Source: Cetorhinus maximus (Eukaryota). From it: a DNA stretch of 64,000 bases. The stretch's first letter is position 1. Each line of letters begins with the position of its first letter. Shown here piece after piece: positions 13,553 through 25,850 of the stretch. Made by a program: the position numbers and the translations under genes. The notes under the pieces were generated by a model, which was given only the letters and a program-made list of their open reading frames with translations, was not told the DNA's origin and ran no database searches. The stretch spans positions 44,330,001-44,394,000 of the forward strand of contig NC_135900.1 in the NCBI RefSeq assembly GCF_964194155.1, given 5' to 3'.

Positions 13553-14651
13553 AACGTTGGAGACATTACAATGATACAACTTAGGCCTTCATTGATATTT
13601 CTCACAGTAAAATAGCTGCTGGACACTCACCATCAAGATTCACGCTTGAACAAAACCATTTAAGCTGAGGTGATGAAAGCAATTGGCTCATTTTACTACA
13701 TGGAACTGTACTACAGGAAGGAACAAGAGTTAAGAGAGAAGAAAATTAATAAGAGTTTTTTTTTTAAGTGCACTAAAATAAGTGAATACTTTCCAATATC
13801 AATCCTATACAAACTGGTCACTCTCAGCTCATTCTCCTCAATAAGTATTGGCGGAATGGAGAAAATCTTTTGCTATGAAAAATTTTCTAATCATTTGTTG
13901 CAGGGTGTTCAAACTCTTATCCTTGAAGGTCATATCTATGTGCCATGGCCCACTATAAAGTTTAAACCCACATTCACATCAATCCGCAAGTTTCTAAAGT
14001 TGCAAATCCAGATGTTCTGCTTTAGCATTCATTCACCTGTAAGGCAGCAGCACTAGAAACTATCAAAATTGCCAGGGCACCAATTCAGAAAACAAACCAA
14101 GAAATCAGGAATCTATGTACATATAGGTCGGAGTGACTTGGGTTGAGGACCAGAGATTGTGGCCACAAATTGGATAAGCCAATTTATCGGAATCTGTTGC
14201 AGTTCCTTATTTTCACTTTCCCCATACCAGATATTACTTCTCCTCTGGACAAGCAATGCCATGTCAGGATACTTAAAGTTAATAAAATAGTTTAAAACAT
14301 GGGAACAAATTTGACAAAGATAGTTGATTTTTTCGCCAGTCCTTTCCCCCGAATGTAGCCTTCACAATGTTGAAATTAAACTTAAACCTCTGTTCTGCCT
14401 GTATTTTTTTGTAATTTTTCATTTTACTGCACATTGAGCTGAGGGGAAGGTAGAGGGATTCAGGTAAGACGATAAATTTCCCAAAATATTCCCAAATTAC
14501 AGTTGAAATGCCGGTTTTGGAAGAAAAACCTAAACTACACCAATGTAACATTTCCATTTCTCAAATCAGCCACTGGTTGACTTGATTCAAATTGCCAATT
14601 TATTGTCAGCTTACAGGTAGTTTTATGCTATGACCTATAATCAGTAGGAAT

Positions 14652-14754
14652 TCTGTTGAAGGGTCATGAGGACTCGAAACGTCAACTGTGCTCTTCTCCA
14701 CCGATGCTGCCAGACCTGCTGAGCTTTTCCAGGTATTTTTGTTTTTGTTTTGTG
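14652..14754 (+). mobile_element. Short Penelope pLTR-type insertion carrying a minimal hammerhead-like motif, with a 12-bp TSD
   Basis: TSD ATCAGTAGGAAT at 14640-14651 and 14755-14766. Insert reads CTGTTGA-A-GGGTC-ATGAG-GACTC-GAAAC-GTC. Confidence 0.7.
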
Positions 14755-15251
14755 ATCAGTAGGAATGGTTTGAAATTGATGTGATATCCATGTGATAGAA
14801 TTCTTACAGCTTGCAGACGGAAATTACTTTTATTCTAAAAATCTGGAATAAGGGGATGCATAGCAGGGTGATCATTTCAAACACATCACTAATGAAGATA
14901 TACAACACGAATTGTTGTGGGCATGAGCCAATTACATTGATTTTTCACAATGTCACATGAGTTTACATTAATCTAAGGCATATTTAATGGAATCAGGACC
15001 TGATGTTGCACTGACATGGGAGATACCAAAGTTGAGGATGGAGATTTTATATTAAACCCAATGAATGTCAAAGTCCTGCAGGTCTGGGCAAGCTGCATAG
15101 CAACATTGACAGCCGTAGGTTAAGACAGTGCTCCTACATAGCCTCAACAAGCCCAATACCCAGAAAATCATATCAATGGTAACATTTGAAATGGACAGGT
15201 CACTATCTGCATTATAATGAATAAAACTTTTGTCAAAGTGAGAGTGTCCCC

Positions 15252-16154
15252 TTATCTGCCAACAAGCACATCGCTATTGGTTAATTTCCCACGATCTTTC
15301 AAATACTGCATAATGTGTGGCCGTCTTCGCCAGGTCGCTTTGACTCCATATTCACGCTCTGGAGTGTCCTGCACCCAAACCTCCGAAGACAGGGATTCCT
15401 CAGAAGAATCATTGTTTAGTCCAGATGATGTGTCCAAACAGTCCTCCGCTCTACCACAGAAAGGAATCTTATTGTGTATGTCTGGTGTCCTGTCCCTTAA
15501 TCTACCAATATTTTTTTTCAAGCTAGCCACTGGAAGGAAGCCATCAATTGTGGGAGTGCTAACGTGTGGTAGAATGAATACCTCATCAAATGATTCAGCA
15601 AAGTGATCAGAAAGGGAGAGCTCCTTACCACCAGGGTCTGCACTAGTTTGGCGGTTGATACAATACAACGGAGAACTGAAACTGGAGCATTTCACAGAAC
15701 TGTGGGGTATATTCCATCCTGTACTTGCGGCACAGCTTATTTTACCAACCAAGATGCCCTTCGACATAGACCTTCGTCTACGTTTGAGCTTCTGACCCAA
15801 GGCATCTGAATTCTGAACCCTTCCAAAGGAACTGTCATCTTTATGTCCTTGGTAGGTCTTTCCCATAAATGAAGTTTTATTTGTTGGCAGTCTAGCTTGT
15901 CCATGGGTTCCAACTTTCTGACAGGTGCTAGGATGAACTTTGTGGTTCTCCTGAACAGGCAACTCATCACTGCCCAAAAAGGTCAAGGGGACAAAGTTAA
16001 CGTGTGATTTTCTCACAACTCCTGCTTTTGGTGCAGTACTCTGCTTCTCTTTGTAGTTCCTGTGTTGTGCTGTACGGTCAGATCTGTTATTTTTGTGTTG
16101 CTCTTGTCTTGGTCCTTGAACTGTTGTGTCTGAAAATTCAAACTGTGGCAACAC
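15252..16154 (-). CDS. RHNO1: RHNO1 (RAD9-HUS1-RAD1 interacting nuclear orphan 1) last coding exon
   Basis: Acceptor ctcctccag|GTG, then VLPQFE...VWVQDTPEREYGVKATWRRRPHIMQYLKDRGKL, the conserved RHINO C-terminus. Stop at 15252. Confidence 0.92.
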   Translation of the reverse strand: MLPQFEFSDTTVQGPRQEQHKNNRSDRTAQHRNYKEKQSTAPKAGVVRKSHVNFVPLTFLGSDELPVQENHKVHPSTCQKVGTHGQARLPTNKTSFMGKTYQGHKDDSSFGRVQNSDALGQKLKRRRRSMSKGILVGKISCAASTGWNIPHSSVKCSSFSSPLYCINRQTSADPGGKELSLSDHFAESFDEVFILPHVSTPTIDGFLPVASLKKNIGRLRDRTPDIHNKIPFCGRAEDCLDTSSGLNNDSSEESLSSEVWVQDTPEREYGVKATWRRRPHIMQYLKDRGKLTNSDVLVGR

Positions 16155-16182
16155 CTGGAGGAGATAAGAAAACAGAAAAAGA

Positions 16183-16615
16183 CTTACATTTATAGAGCAC
16201 CTTATATGACCATGTACATCCCAAAACACTTTACAGCCAAGGAAGTACTTTTGAAGTATAGTCACTGTTGTAGGAAATACAACAGCCAATTTATGCATAG
16301 CAAGCGTCCACAAACAATGTGCTGATGACCGAATAATGCATCGTTGTGATGTGACTGAGGAATCAATATTGGCCACGACACTGGGAATAACTTCCCTGCT
16401 CCTCTTGAAAATAGTGCCTTGCAATCTTTTACATCCACCTGAGGAGGGCAGACTTGGTTTAACATTTTATCTGACTGACAGCACCTTGGACATTGCGGTG
16501 CTCCCTCAGTACTGCACTGAAGCGTCAGCCTTGATTTTTGCACTCGAGTCCTGGAGTGCGGCTTGAACCCACAATCACTGACTCAGATGAGAGTTCTACT
16601 CACTGAGCCATGGCC
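16183..16615 (-). mobile_element. tRNA-headed Deu-domain-type SINE with L2-like tail
   Basis: On -: A-box TGGCTCAGTGAG, B-box GGTTCAAG, central CAGTACTGAGGGAG...GATGTAAAAGAT, tail ATAAATGTAAGTCTTTT. Confidence 0.75.
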
Positions 16616-17198
16616 AACAGAAGAAACATAATTGATGTTAGATTACACAAATTATCAAGACAATTTCCACCTTTCCTCCCTCACAGTATGAATATCAATT
16701 AACAAAGGACAAAAGACAAAGAAATACTTAGTCACATTTTCATTGAGGAGAATGAACCTTGGATGAGTGATGCTGCTTTGAAAATAAACCCAAGTGAATC
16801 TTCAAGTATAATACTTGTGGAACATGTATTTTAGGAGGAAACTATGTAGAATTTTAGTTACATTTTGTCCATGGGAAATACGCACTTATTTTATAACTTT
16901 GAAGTTTTCTTTTGAAAGGAAAACCATTTACTCAATTTTCAGTATTCTTTTATTAAATGCAAGTATGGAGCAGCAAGTTTCTTCAAATGTATATCTGACA
17001 ATGTGGACTCGACTACAATGACACATAAAATTGAGTGCTATGGGCCTGTGACAATTAAAACACATGGTCACAATCTGACAATCCAAGGCTACGTTGTCAA
17101 GGCATTTAAAATTGCATAGGGGATCATACTGTATAGTAGTAGGGGATGGTCGTATATTCTTATACTAAAAATATTGAGAAGTACAGAAAACAACACAC

Positions 17199-17360
17199 CC
17201 AAGTGAACGAAGACTGGTCAACTGGCACACAGGATACCTGGCGTGGGTTTACCGCAGATGGTAGAGGCACCACTTGCCTACACTTTTCTCCTTTTTGTGG
17301 ACTCTCCAGAAACAGCAAAGGGGGCTTCTTGGATTGGCTGGGCTTCTTCTTGCGGGGCAT
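17199..17360 (-). CDS. RHNO1: RHNO1 first coding exon (54 codons; exon probably starts at 17380)
   Basis: MPRKKKPSQSKKPPLLFLESP...VPVDQSSFTW|gtgtgt joins in phase 0 to VLPQF, rebuilding the conserved (S/T)WVxPxF motif. Confidence 0.9.
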
Positions 17361-17707
17361 CAAGCACCCAACATCTTGACCTTGGAATGCATTGGAATAG
17401 AATTTTTTTTTTAAAATCAAGAAAATAAAATTGGGTTTCCTTCAATAGCCCAGCAGGCAAATTCATGAAAAACATACAAGATCAAGATGGCTGCAGTTTT
17501 GGTATCTGATCCCTGCTGAATTAGCAGATTTCAACCAGTGGAGTTTTTGGGAGGGATGGCTGTGCCTGATCGTAATCAATTCACATCTGCTGGAAAAATA
17601 CAAACACGCACAAACCACTGAACAGAGTTAGAAGCCTTCAGGAGAGAGGAGCAAAAATATAAAGGTTTATTTTTTTCTAGAAAGTGTGCTTTATGGAACC
17701 TTTAAAG

Positions 17708-18243
17708 CAGCAGTTCCCAAACTGGGTCAGGACCCCCGATGGGGTTGCAGAGGTCACATTTGGGGTTGTGGGCTCCCCCTCCTTCAAGCACCAATGGCGA
17801 CTGCTGAGAGGAGATGATCCAGTTCGGAGACACAGACATAACTGCCCTGGAACAACTGGATCAATTCTGCCAAAAGCACAGGGCGGACGGTGAGCCATAG
17901 ATGCTCTTTAACTTCAGGAAATACCTTTGAGGGCAAGTGCCGAGTGGGCCCAGGATGCTTGCGTGCCAAGTTGGCGCAATAAGAGGCCGGCAGAGACTAT
18001 GTCTGGAGCGTAGGGAAAAACTGGAGGATCATGGGGAAAGTGAGTGGTGTCTTTAAACTTTGCTATGTTTCTGCTCGTCTGCCTGTTGTCCAGACTCCTT
18101 AACCCAGGCTAGTGACTCTGCTTCATAGGCACCCACAACTAGACCAAAATGGGAGAAGAGGAGAGGGGCTAACCGAGTGTGAGTGGGTGGGTTGGGGAGA
18201 GGGGTTGAGTGTGGGTGGGTTGGGGGGGAGGGGCTACTGAGTG

Positions 18244-18277
<34 letters not shown>

Positions 18278-18781
18278 TGAACGGATTGGGGAGAGGGGCT
18301 GAGTGTGGGTGGGTTGGGGAGGGGGGCTACTGAGTAAATGAGTGAGCGAGTGGGTTGGAGAGAGGGACCATTGAGTGAGTGGGTGAGTGAGTGGGTTGGG
18401 GAGAAGGGCTACAGAGTGTGGGTATTTTGGGGAAGAGGTGCTACTGAGTGTGTATGTGTTGGGCTAATTACAATGTACATGTGAGGGGTGGGGTGGGGTG
18501 GGGTGGGGAGAGGATCTTTACTGAATCTATCACCAGGGAAGAGAGCTTGGCTCTAATCTGCACAACATAAAATACTAACATTTTACAAATGACTTTACAA
18601 GCACAGATTTTCATTTTTACCTATTATTATATGTTGATCTATAATACATGAACTTTAATAATTATATACTGAATGTTGCTATGCTGCTTTATTGCGGTTT
18701 TGTTTTTGCTGGTGTCTGGGGTGACATTACTTTTCAAGTGTTAAAATGGGGTCATAATGGAAAATAGTTTGGGTAGCACTG
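17708..18781. mobile_element. Non-autonomous hAT (Charlie-like) DNA transposon
   Basis: TIRs CAGCAGTTCCCAAACT and CAGTGCTACCCAAACT (reverse complement). 8-bp TSD CTTTAAAG at 17700-17707 and 18782-18789. Confidence 0.85.
18160..18512 (+). repeat. G-rich minisatellite with an embedded (GT)n microsatellite, inside the hAT element
   Basis: Repeated GAGTGTGGGTGGGTTGGGGAGAGGGGCT-like units, (GT)n near 18248-18274, (GGGGT)n near 18485-18508. Confidence 0.85.
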
Positions 18782-19269
18782 CTTTAAAGGCAATAGTACA
18801 AGAATTGTATCTCCTGCTTACCAAATTCTATCCAACAACAGCATCAAGGACAATGAACACACACAGACACACACATGCACGCACGCACACGGTGCTTTTG
18901 TTAATTGTGTATTAATTGAGTTTAATTGTATACAGATGGTGGGCATTCACTGGCAATTCATTTGTACCTGTTTGAGTAGGCAGACTGAAAGAGGTTGTTG
19001 GGGTTAGGAGGTCTATGCTTGTAATGCATAAATTCTGTAAATAAATGTTTATGAAAATGTGTAAAGATTGGCTCTAGTTCTACCCTTCAGCAACTAGCTT
19101 TCTGGGAGAGAACTGGGGGGGGTGTTGTGGAGAGAGCAAGTAAGAGGAAAGAGTGAGTGAGCGATCAGCCCAGGGGGCGCAAGTCCACTCAGGCAGTGCA
19201 ATCGATCAACTCTCAAGGGGAAAGTCGGAGCTGGAGAAGCCAACTGAAATTTCTGTTTGCTTAAGAACA

Positions 19270-21430
19270 GGCGCCTGGTCTCCCTCCTCAGCACAGGCTT
19301 ACAAGATATTTGCTAGGGCCAGGTTTGCTTCCCTTGGCTCCATGCTGGCCCAAATAATCCACTCTGACCAGTATTACATGGTCCCAGGTTGGACAATCCA
19401 TTTGGTAAGCAACCTGATCCACCATTCCCAGAGAACTGATGTGTGGATCACCTTCATTTCCCTTGATAAGGGGGAAGCATTTTACAGGGCGGATCAAGAA
19501 TATTTGTTTAGGTTCAGGGCGCATTGTGTCACCCATAGCCAGCTTCTGTTCAACCCCATGGAGTATCAGTGTCTATTAAGATTAACAAGTTTTTGACAGC
19601 GGCCCTTTGTTTTGGGAGAGGAGCGTGTCGGGGTTCCCAATGCTCAGCTAGTTTTATGCCACCTGCATGCAGCCTTTTTTGTTACTCTAGCAGAGTAACT
19701 CTGCGCAATCCAGGAGTGGAGTTCATCCTCATCATGCGTACACTGATGATGTGCTCCTCGTGGGTGCCACTGACCATCACAGGATGCATGAGTGGCAGCA
19801 GGTTGACTCCACAGAATCCTTCATCAGAATCAACTGGGAGAAATATTCTGGACTCCTGGTGGGTCAGTGACAGCTGGACTCCCTGAATAAACTCAGGCCA
19901 CCCAGCCACCTCCTTTATCTTAGCCCTGTCAAGGACACCTGGCTGGTGATCTAGCAAGAGCTGCAGGCCAAGGTCACCACTTTCCTGGAGCAATGGACAG
20001 GACTGCTCAGGGTGCTGTCCTCCGAGGGTCGAGCACTTGTCACAAACCAGTGGTTGCTATTCTGTGGTACTGGTTGGTCATTTTGATCTCTCCCTGAGTT
20101 TGTCAAGATACTGAAGCAGCTCATTGACTTCTTCTGGAACAAAATGAGTGCAATGGGTCTCTGCTGCAGTGCAGAGTGTCCTGCTTAGGGAGGGTGGTCA
20201 GCTGCTGATGTGCCTTCACACCCAGGAAGTGACCCTGCAGAGATACCTGTATGTCATGGATCCTCCTAGATGGTCCGTGCTGGCTTACTTCTTCCACCAG
20301 TTGCTTGACCTAATTACAACACACAGCTCCTGTTTTTAAACCTGGTGGGGGCCATGGGGGAGTTGTATATCCATGCCTCCTTGCAGAAGCTTTCTGTCTT
20401 GTACTAACATGGCCACCTCCAGTGGAGCTCTCCCTCATCATGAGTGGCAGCTATCCTCTGGGAACCAATGCTTAGGAATCCGCACCTTTATCAGGACCAT
20501 GTGGCTGGCCGAGTAGAGGTGACTAGAGTCAGGGACATACTTGGTGGTGGAGAAGCAGGCTAGACGTTGCCAGATTAATTGGCACAACACATCTTTAGAT
20601 GCATCTAGCTCATGTACAAAGCCACCAAGAATCTCAAAGTGGTATTTGGCCCAGATTGCACTCAAGGCAGCTCAGGCATGAGGACCAGTCTTGTCCATGC
20701 TGACCCCTGTTGGGACAGAATTTCTCATCAGTGTCAGGTCCCAAAACTTCCTTTTGGGTGCTTCAGCCCCAAAGCTTGAGCGCCATCTCTTGGAAATCCT
20801 GTCCATGCCATTCCACTCTGCGCAGATGGGTTTCCTGTAAGGGCTGCTGTTGCAATCTGCCATGTCCTCACACATGTCAGTCATCCAGACATGCATTCCA
20901 TCCTCTTGTCCCGAGGAGGTGGCAGACCCCGGTGGTTGGGGGCGGGGGGGCTCTCTACTTGGGGGTCCTGCCTCTGTCCCTCAGGGACTTGGCATGAGGT
21001 CCCCCACAATAGACTATTAAGTGCAGTGTGTTCCACATCTACACAGAATGTGTGAGATAGTAGCTTCTCTTCTTTTATCTAAAGCAGGGCAGGGGGTGGG
21101 GGTACTCCTCAATTTCTTGCCACTCTTCAGAACAGGACCTTCCTGATCTTTGGGCACCCAGTGCAGAGAGGACCTCTTTGTGGGACTGCTTCCGGGCCTA
21201 GCCAAGGTGGTCATCAACAAGTCCAGGAAGCAGACGATCAGGTTGGGGCAGGGGTCGGGGGACGGGGGCAAGTGCTGTTCCTGGGACCGTCATTCAGTCT
21301 GGCTGCCTTCCTTTCTCCACAGCTTTGTCCCCACCATGGTGACCACCAGTGGGCAATGTAGTGAGGACTGGAGTGCGTGCATCATCACCCTAATACAGTG
21401 TATTAGTGGAGCCCCTTTCAAAAGCAGCTC
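19270..21430 (+). mobile_element. Decayed Tx1/L1-clade LINE ORF2 remnant
   Basis: YKIFARA..LGSMLAQIIHSDQYYMVPGWTI..SLDKGEAFYRADQEYL (RT motifs), SVLLREGGQ, and DLFVGLLPGLAKVVINKSR near the C-terminus. Confidence 0.75.
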
Positions 21431-22559
21431 TTAGTTCTGCTTTTTTTGGTAACCGTATGATTGGATAAAAAAAAGGTATAAATAGACACAAAAAACTGTG
21501 GTTGTTGGGGTTAGGAGGTGCAAGCTTGTAATGTGTAACTCTATATAAAAACATTATAAAGATTGGCTCCAGTTCTGAGCTTCAACTGATCTTTTGGAAT
21601 ATAACACTTTTTCCCAGAACTACAATTTAGCAACAATTTGGGACCTACATAAACGTACACACTGAAATAATGTGCTCCACTTTCACAGCAGTTCTCCATG
21701 CCAGAAAAAAAAATGACAAAATCCTGAGGGCAAAGCCTTTCGTTACTAACCCCAGTCACGAAATTATTTAAATAATTTCAACAATAATTACCATTGATGA
21801 AAACAACTTTAATGTGACTTTCACAAAAGAATTTTCACATATAACAAATTACTCTGGTGTGCAATATCTGGCAGCCAGTTGCACATCATAGGATTCCAAA
21901 AACAACACAATGAATGATCAGTTCATCACCAGCAAAAATTAATTATCACAGAATAAATTCCGTGAGAGAGAGGACTGTTGACCAGGAACTTCCAGCTCTT
22001 CTTCAAACACTACCGTGGAATCACCTGAACAGGCAAATATGTCCTTACTTTGACATCTCATTCAAAAATTGTCAGGCTAATCTACCAACCAAAGTCCTGA
22101 TTTAAATCCGCAATCTTTTGACTGAGACAAATGGAAGTTACCAGCAGGGTAAAGCTGATTCCATTGAATCCATACTACGGTTATTTAGTGCGTAAATCTA
22201 TAAAAATGATCAATACAGTGCTTAGCTATAATTGCAAAAAACAAGTAAGGTGCCAAACTATATCAGTGGATAGACAGATGAAACAGTTGGCTGGACTCAA
22301 TCTAGAATGTGTTTTGCAGTTCTGTTTACTTATTCATATTTCAAATATTGTTGGACTTCAGTAGAAAGCAAAGATCATTTTGGATATAAGGAAGTTATTC
22401 AGAAAAGTTAAGGAAATGGGGTTCTCTTTCTTACAAAAAGAGGATTCTGAAGCGATTTAATTGAAGTTTCGAATTATGAAGGGAGTTGGTAATTGATCAG
22501 TTTCAGATAAATAAAATCCGACATACTCAAGGTTAGTAAGTTAGGAGGAAGAGCAAGGC

Positions 22560-23850
22560 TAAACTTTGTAGGATAATAGAATTGTGGGGTAGGTTATCTG
22601 AGCTGGTTGTTGAAACGAACATAAATAAGGCAGATTGGATGTTTCAGTTGCACAGAGTCTTGATGAGACAACTTCATGAAAAAATATTGGTCTTTGAGGG
22701 AATACAACACAAATTCATCAGAATACCAGGGCTTAAAGAATTAAATTATGAGGACAGATTATGTACACTTAGTTTGTATTCCCTTGAGTTTAAAAGGTTG
22801 AGTGTCTTATTGAAGTTTTTAAAAATGTTAACTGGATTTAACATGGTAGATAAAAGAAAACACTGTTTCCTCTGGCGGGTAATCCAGAAAGCAAGGGCAT
22901 AATCTTAAAGGTAGAGTTAGGCCAGTCAGTGGAATCAGGAAGCAGTTTCCACACAAAGGATAATGGAAACCTAGAGGTCTCTTCCCAAATGGCTGCAAAT
23001 ACTGATTAATAGAAACACTGACAATAGGTGTTTGTTTGGTAAGCATATCATAGGATATGAAGCAACAGTGAGTAAATGCATGAATCACAAAGGGCTAGCA
23101 TACAAGTTCAGCAGGTAATAGCGAAGGCAAATGGAATGTTGGCCTTTATTTCAAAGGGAATGGAGAATAACAATGGAAAAGTCTTGCTAAAATTATTAAA
23201 GGCACCAGTTAGAGCACACCTAGAATAATGTGAACAGTTTTGGTCCCCACTATCTAAGGAAAGATATACTGGCATTGGAGGCAGTCCAGAGAAGGTTCAC
23301 TAGGTTGATCCCGGGTATGGAGGGATTTTCTTATGAAGAGAGGTTGAGTAGGTTGGGTCTGTACTCATTGGAGTTTAGAAGAATGAGAGGCGACCTTATT
23401 GAAACATATAAGATTCTTAGGGGGCTTGACAGGGTAGATGCTGAGAGGTTATTTCCCCTTGTGGGAGAGTCTAGAACCAGAGGGCATAATCTCAGAGTAA
23501 GGGTTCACCCATTTAAGACAGATGAGGAGGAATTTCTTCTCTCAGAGGGTAGTAAATCTGTGGAATTCATTACCGCAGAGGGCTGTAGAGGCTGGGTTGC
23601 TAAGTATATTCAAGGCTGAGACAGACAGATTTTCAATCAGTAAGGGAATCAAGAGTTATGGGGAAAAGGCAGGAAAGTGGATTTGAGGATTATCAGATCA
23701 GCCATGATCTCATTGAATGGTGGAGCAGACTCGATGGGCCGAATGGCCTACTTCTACTTATGGTCCAAATGATGTTACGGTACGGGTCAGTCATAATGAG
23801 TGGCTCAAAAGGCTCGAGGTGGGTGAATGGCCTACTCATTTTCTTATGAT
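22560..23850 (+). mobile_element. Older CR1 fragment with a younger CR1 3' end (about 23095-23760) nested in it
   Basis: ORF 23230 carries RKDILALEAVQRRFTRLIPGM..YEERLSRLGLYSLEFRRMRGDLIETYKIL. ORF 22582 is a degenerate version of the same region. Confidence 0.85.
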
Positions 23851-23909
23851 GACGACAGGACAAATGGGGACATTTCCTTAGAAGGGGCCTAAAGATTTTG
23901 GTTAAAAGG

Positions 23910-24238
23910 TCTTTTTTTTTTAATTCATTCACAGAATGTGGGCTTCACTAGCTGGGCCAGCATTTATTGCCCATCCCTATTTGCCCTTGAGAAGGTGATG
24001 GTGAGCTGCCTTCTTGAAACACTGCAGACCATGCAGTGTAGATACACCCACAGTGCTGTTAGGAAGGGAGTTCCAGGATTTTGACCCAGCATCAGTGAAG
24101 GAATGACGATATATTTCCAAGTCAGGATGGTGAGTGACTTGGAGGGGAACTTCCAGGTGGTGGTGTTCCCATATCTGCTGCCCTTGTCCTTCTAGGTGAT
24201 AGTGGTCGTGGGTTTGGAAGGTGCTGTCGAAGGAGCCT
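23910..24238 (-). mobile_element. CR1-like LINE 3' tail fragment
   Basis: Closely similar to 338-657. Confidence 0.8.
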
Positions 24239-25754
24239 AATTAGCCTAAGCAATGAGAAGTGCTAGTAGTCTTGAGACTGAGGCCTCTTGGCAATTACAG
24301 AATAAGGTCTTTTTTTAGACAACTAAATACAAAGACAGAAAGGTTTCTCCCTTTTCAGGTACTGAGTGCAACTTTCAATGTTATAACTTGTAACAACATA
24401 AAGCCAATGTAAACTGATTATATCTTGGCCAACAGTAGAGTTTAGATTTATTTTGGGGTCACTGTTGTACAAGATTGTTCCTTAAACCCATTTGGTTTGT
24501 CAATCTGAAGTATTTGCCTGAGGGCAGTGGTTCCAGCAAAGTGTCAGGATGAGTTTAAGTTCCTACTAGTGCGTTCCACTTCCCCAGTGTTGTATGAGAT
24601 TTGAAACACAAATTTTAATTTACTTTAAAGACAATTGACACCACTATCAAAGGAATGTTTCAAGGAACAATTATTTGTACCTGAACAATGTCAGTTTCTT
24701 TTGAAATAAACAATGTTTTAATTTACCTGTATTTTAAATTAGTACATACCTTCTCAAAAATTCTGACGTATCCTGCTGGATGGCAACATTGGTATTCCCC
24801 TTAGCTGATATTCTAAAGCATCTTACTGCATGAAAATGAGAAGAGATTTTTTTTTTAAATCACAATGTCCCAACATCTGAATTTAACACCAATCCAATAC
24901 AATAAAAGAACTTTAAGGGTATGCTGTCTCGCAGCTTACAATCCACCTAAGTCTTTCAGGAGATCCCACAGTCTCAAATGATGGAACAAGTTAGGCTCGT
25001 CAAATACTGCAAGTCTCCTCCCTGAACGTACTATATCAAACATTTGGTGGCTGGGCAACTCACTTGTCTGTGTACAGTTTTATGTTCTTTTGTTTTTGCC
25101 TGGGCTATGTTGTATTACAACACTCATTGCTGTACTGCTCCTAACTTAGTTGCCCTCTTTCTTATTATACTAATATAATAGTATATTATGCTATTCTAGG
25201 AGACCGGCATGATATATTAAATGTTACACCTCTTAATGCATTCTTACATTGCAAACAATGCATGATCTATACAGTACTTAAAAATCACTGTGTTAAATAG
25301 GTTTATATTGTACAGAATTATCTTGTTGGAGGCAAATAACATAGATGCAATTAAGGAGACACTAGTTAAGTACATGAGAGAGGAAGGAATAGAAAGATAT
25401 GTTAATAGGATTATATGGAGTAGAGCGAAAGGAGACATATAAGGAGCATGAACACCAGTCTAGACTATTTCGGCAGAATGTTCGGTCTCTGTGCTGCTAA
25501 TCTTGTGTTTAAGAAAAGTTTAAGAAAAACCTGTGCTTTTCTGATTCCAGCAGTAGAGTGCTGGCCGATGTAATAGGCCAAGCTGTGACCATCCTTCCTG
25601 TTCCGTGGTCGCACCGTTTCAGGATGTTGTTCTTCCTGGGTACCAATTACAAGGTGGTGGGTCACACGCCATTCCCTAAAAGCCTTGCTCTCTATCCCAG
25701 GCTATACTCCGTCTAATCACCCTTTATTATTTCTACCTTTCAAATACACTTTAC

Positions 25755-25850
25755 CCGCTGCTATTCTCAACAGTTTCTATTGCAGGATCTCAATGGCTGT
25801 GTTTCTGTTTCAATCTGTCCCGCTCTCTGACCTCGCCCCGCCCATGGCCC
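25755..25850 (-). other. RHNO1: Probable non-coding exon 1 of RHNO1 (5' boundary uncertain)
   Basis: Donor CGG|gtaaag at 25754, next to the CCAAT cluster. Confidence 0.5.

Noticed and set aside
13670-14056. 128-aa ORF and similar 60-130 aa ORFs in AT-rich spacers
   Set aside because: No recognisable domains or splice context; consistent with chance
15217-15606. 129-aa plus-strand ORF
   Set aside because: Shadow of the RHNO1 last exon
17236-17238. Alternative RHNO1 donor CAG|gtatcc
   Set aside because: Using it would delete the conserved TW-V motif; the donor at 17198 fits homology
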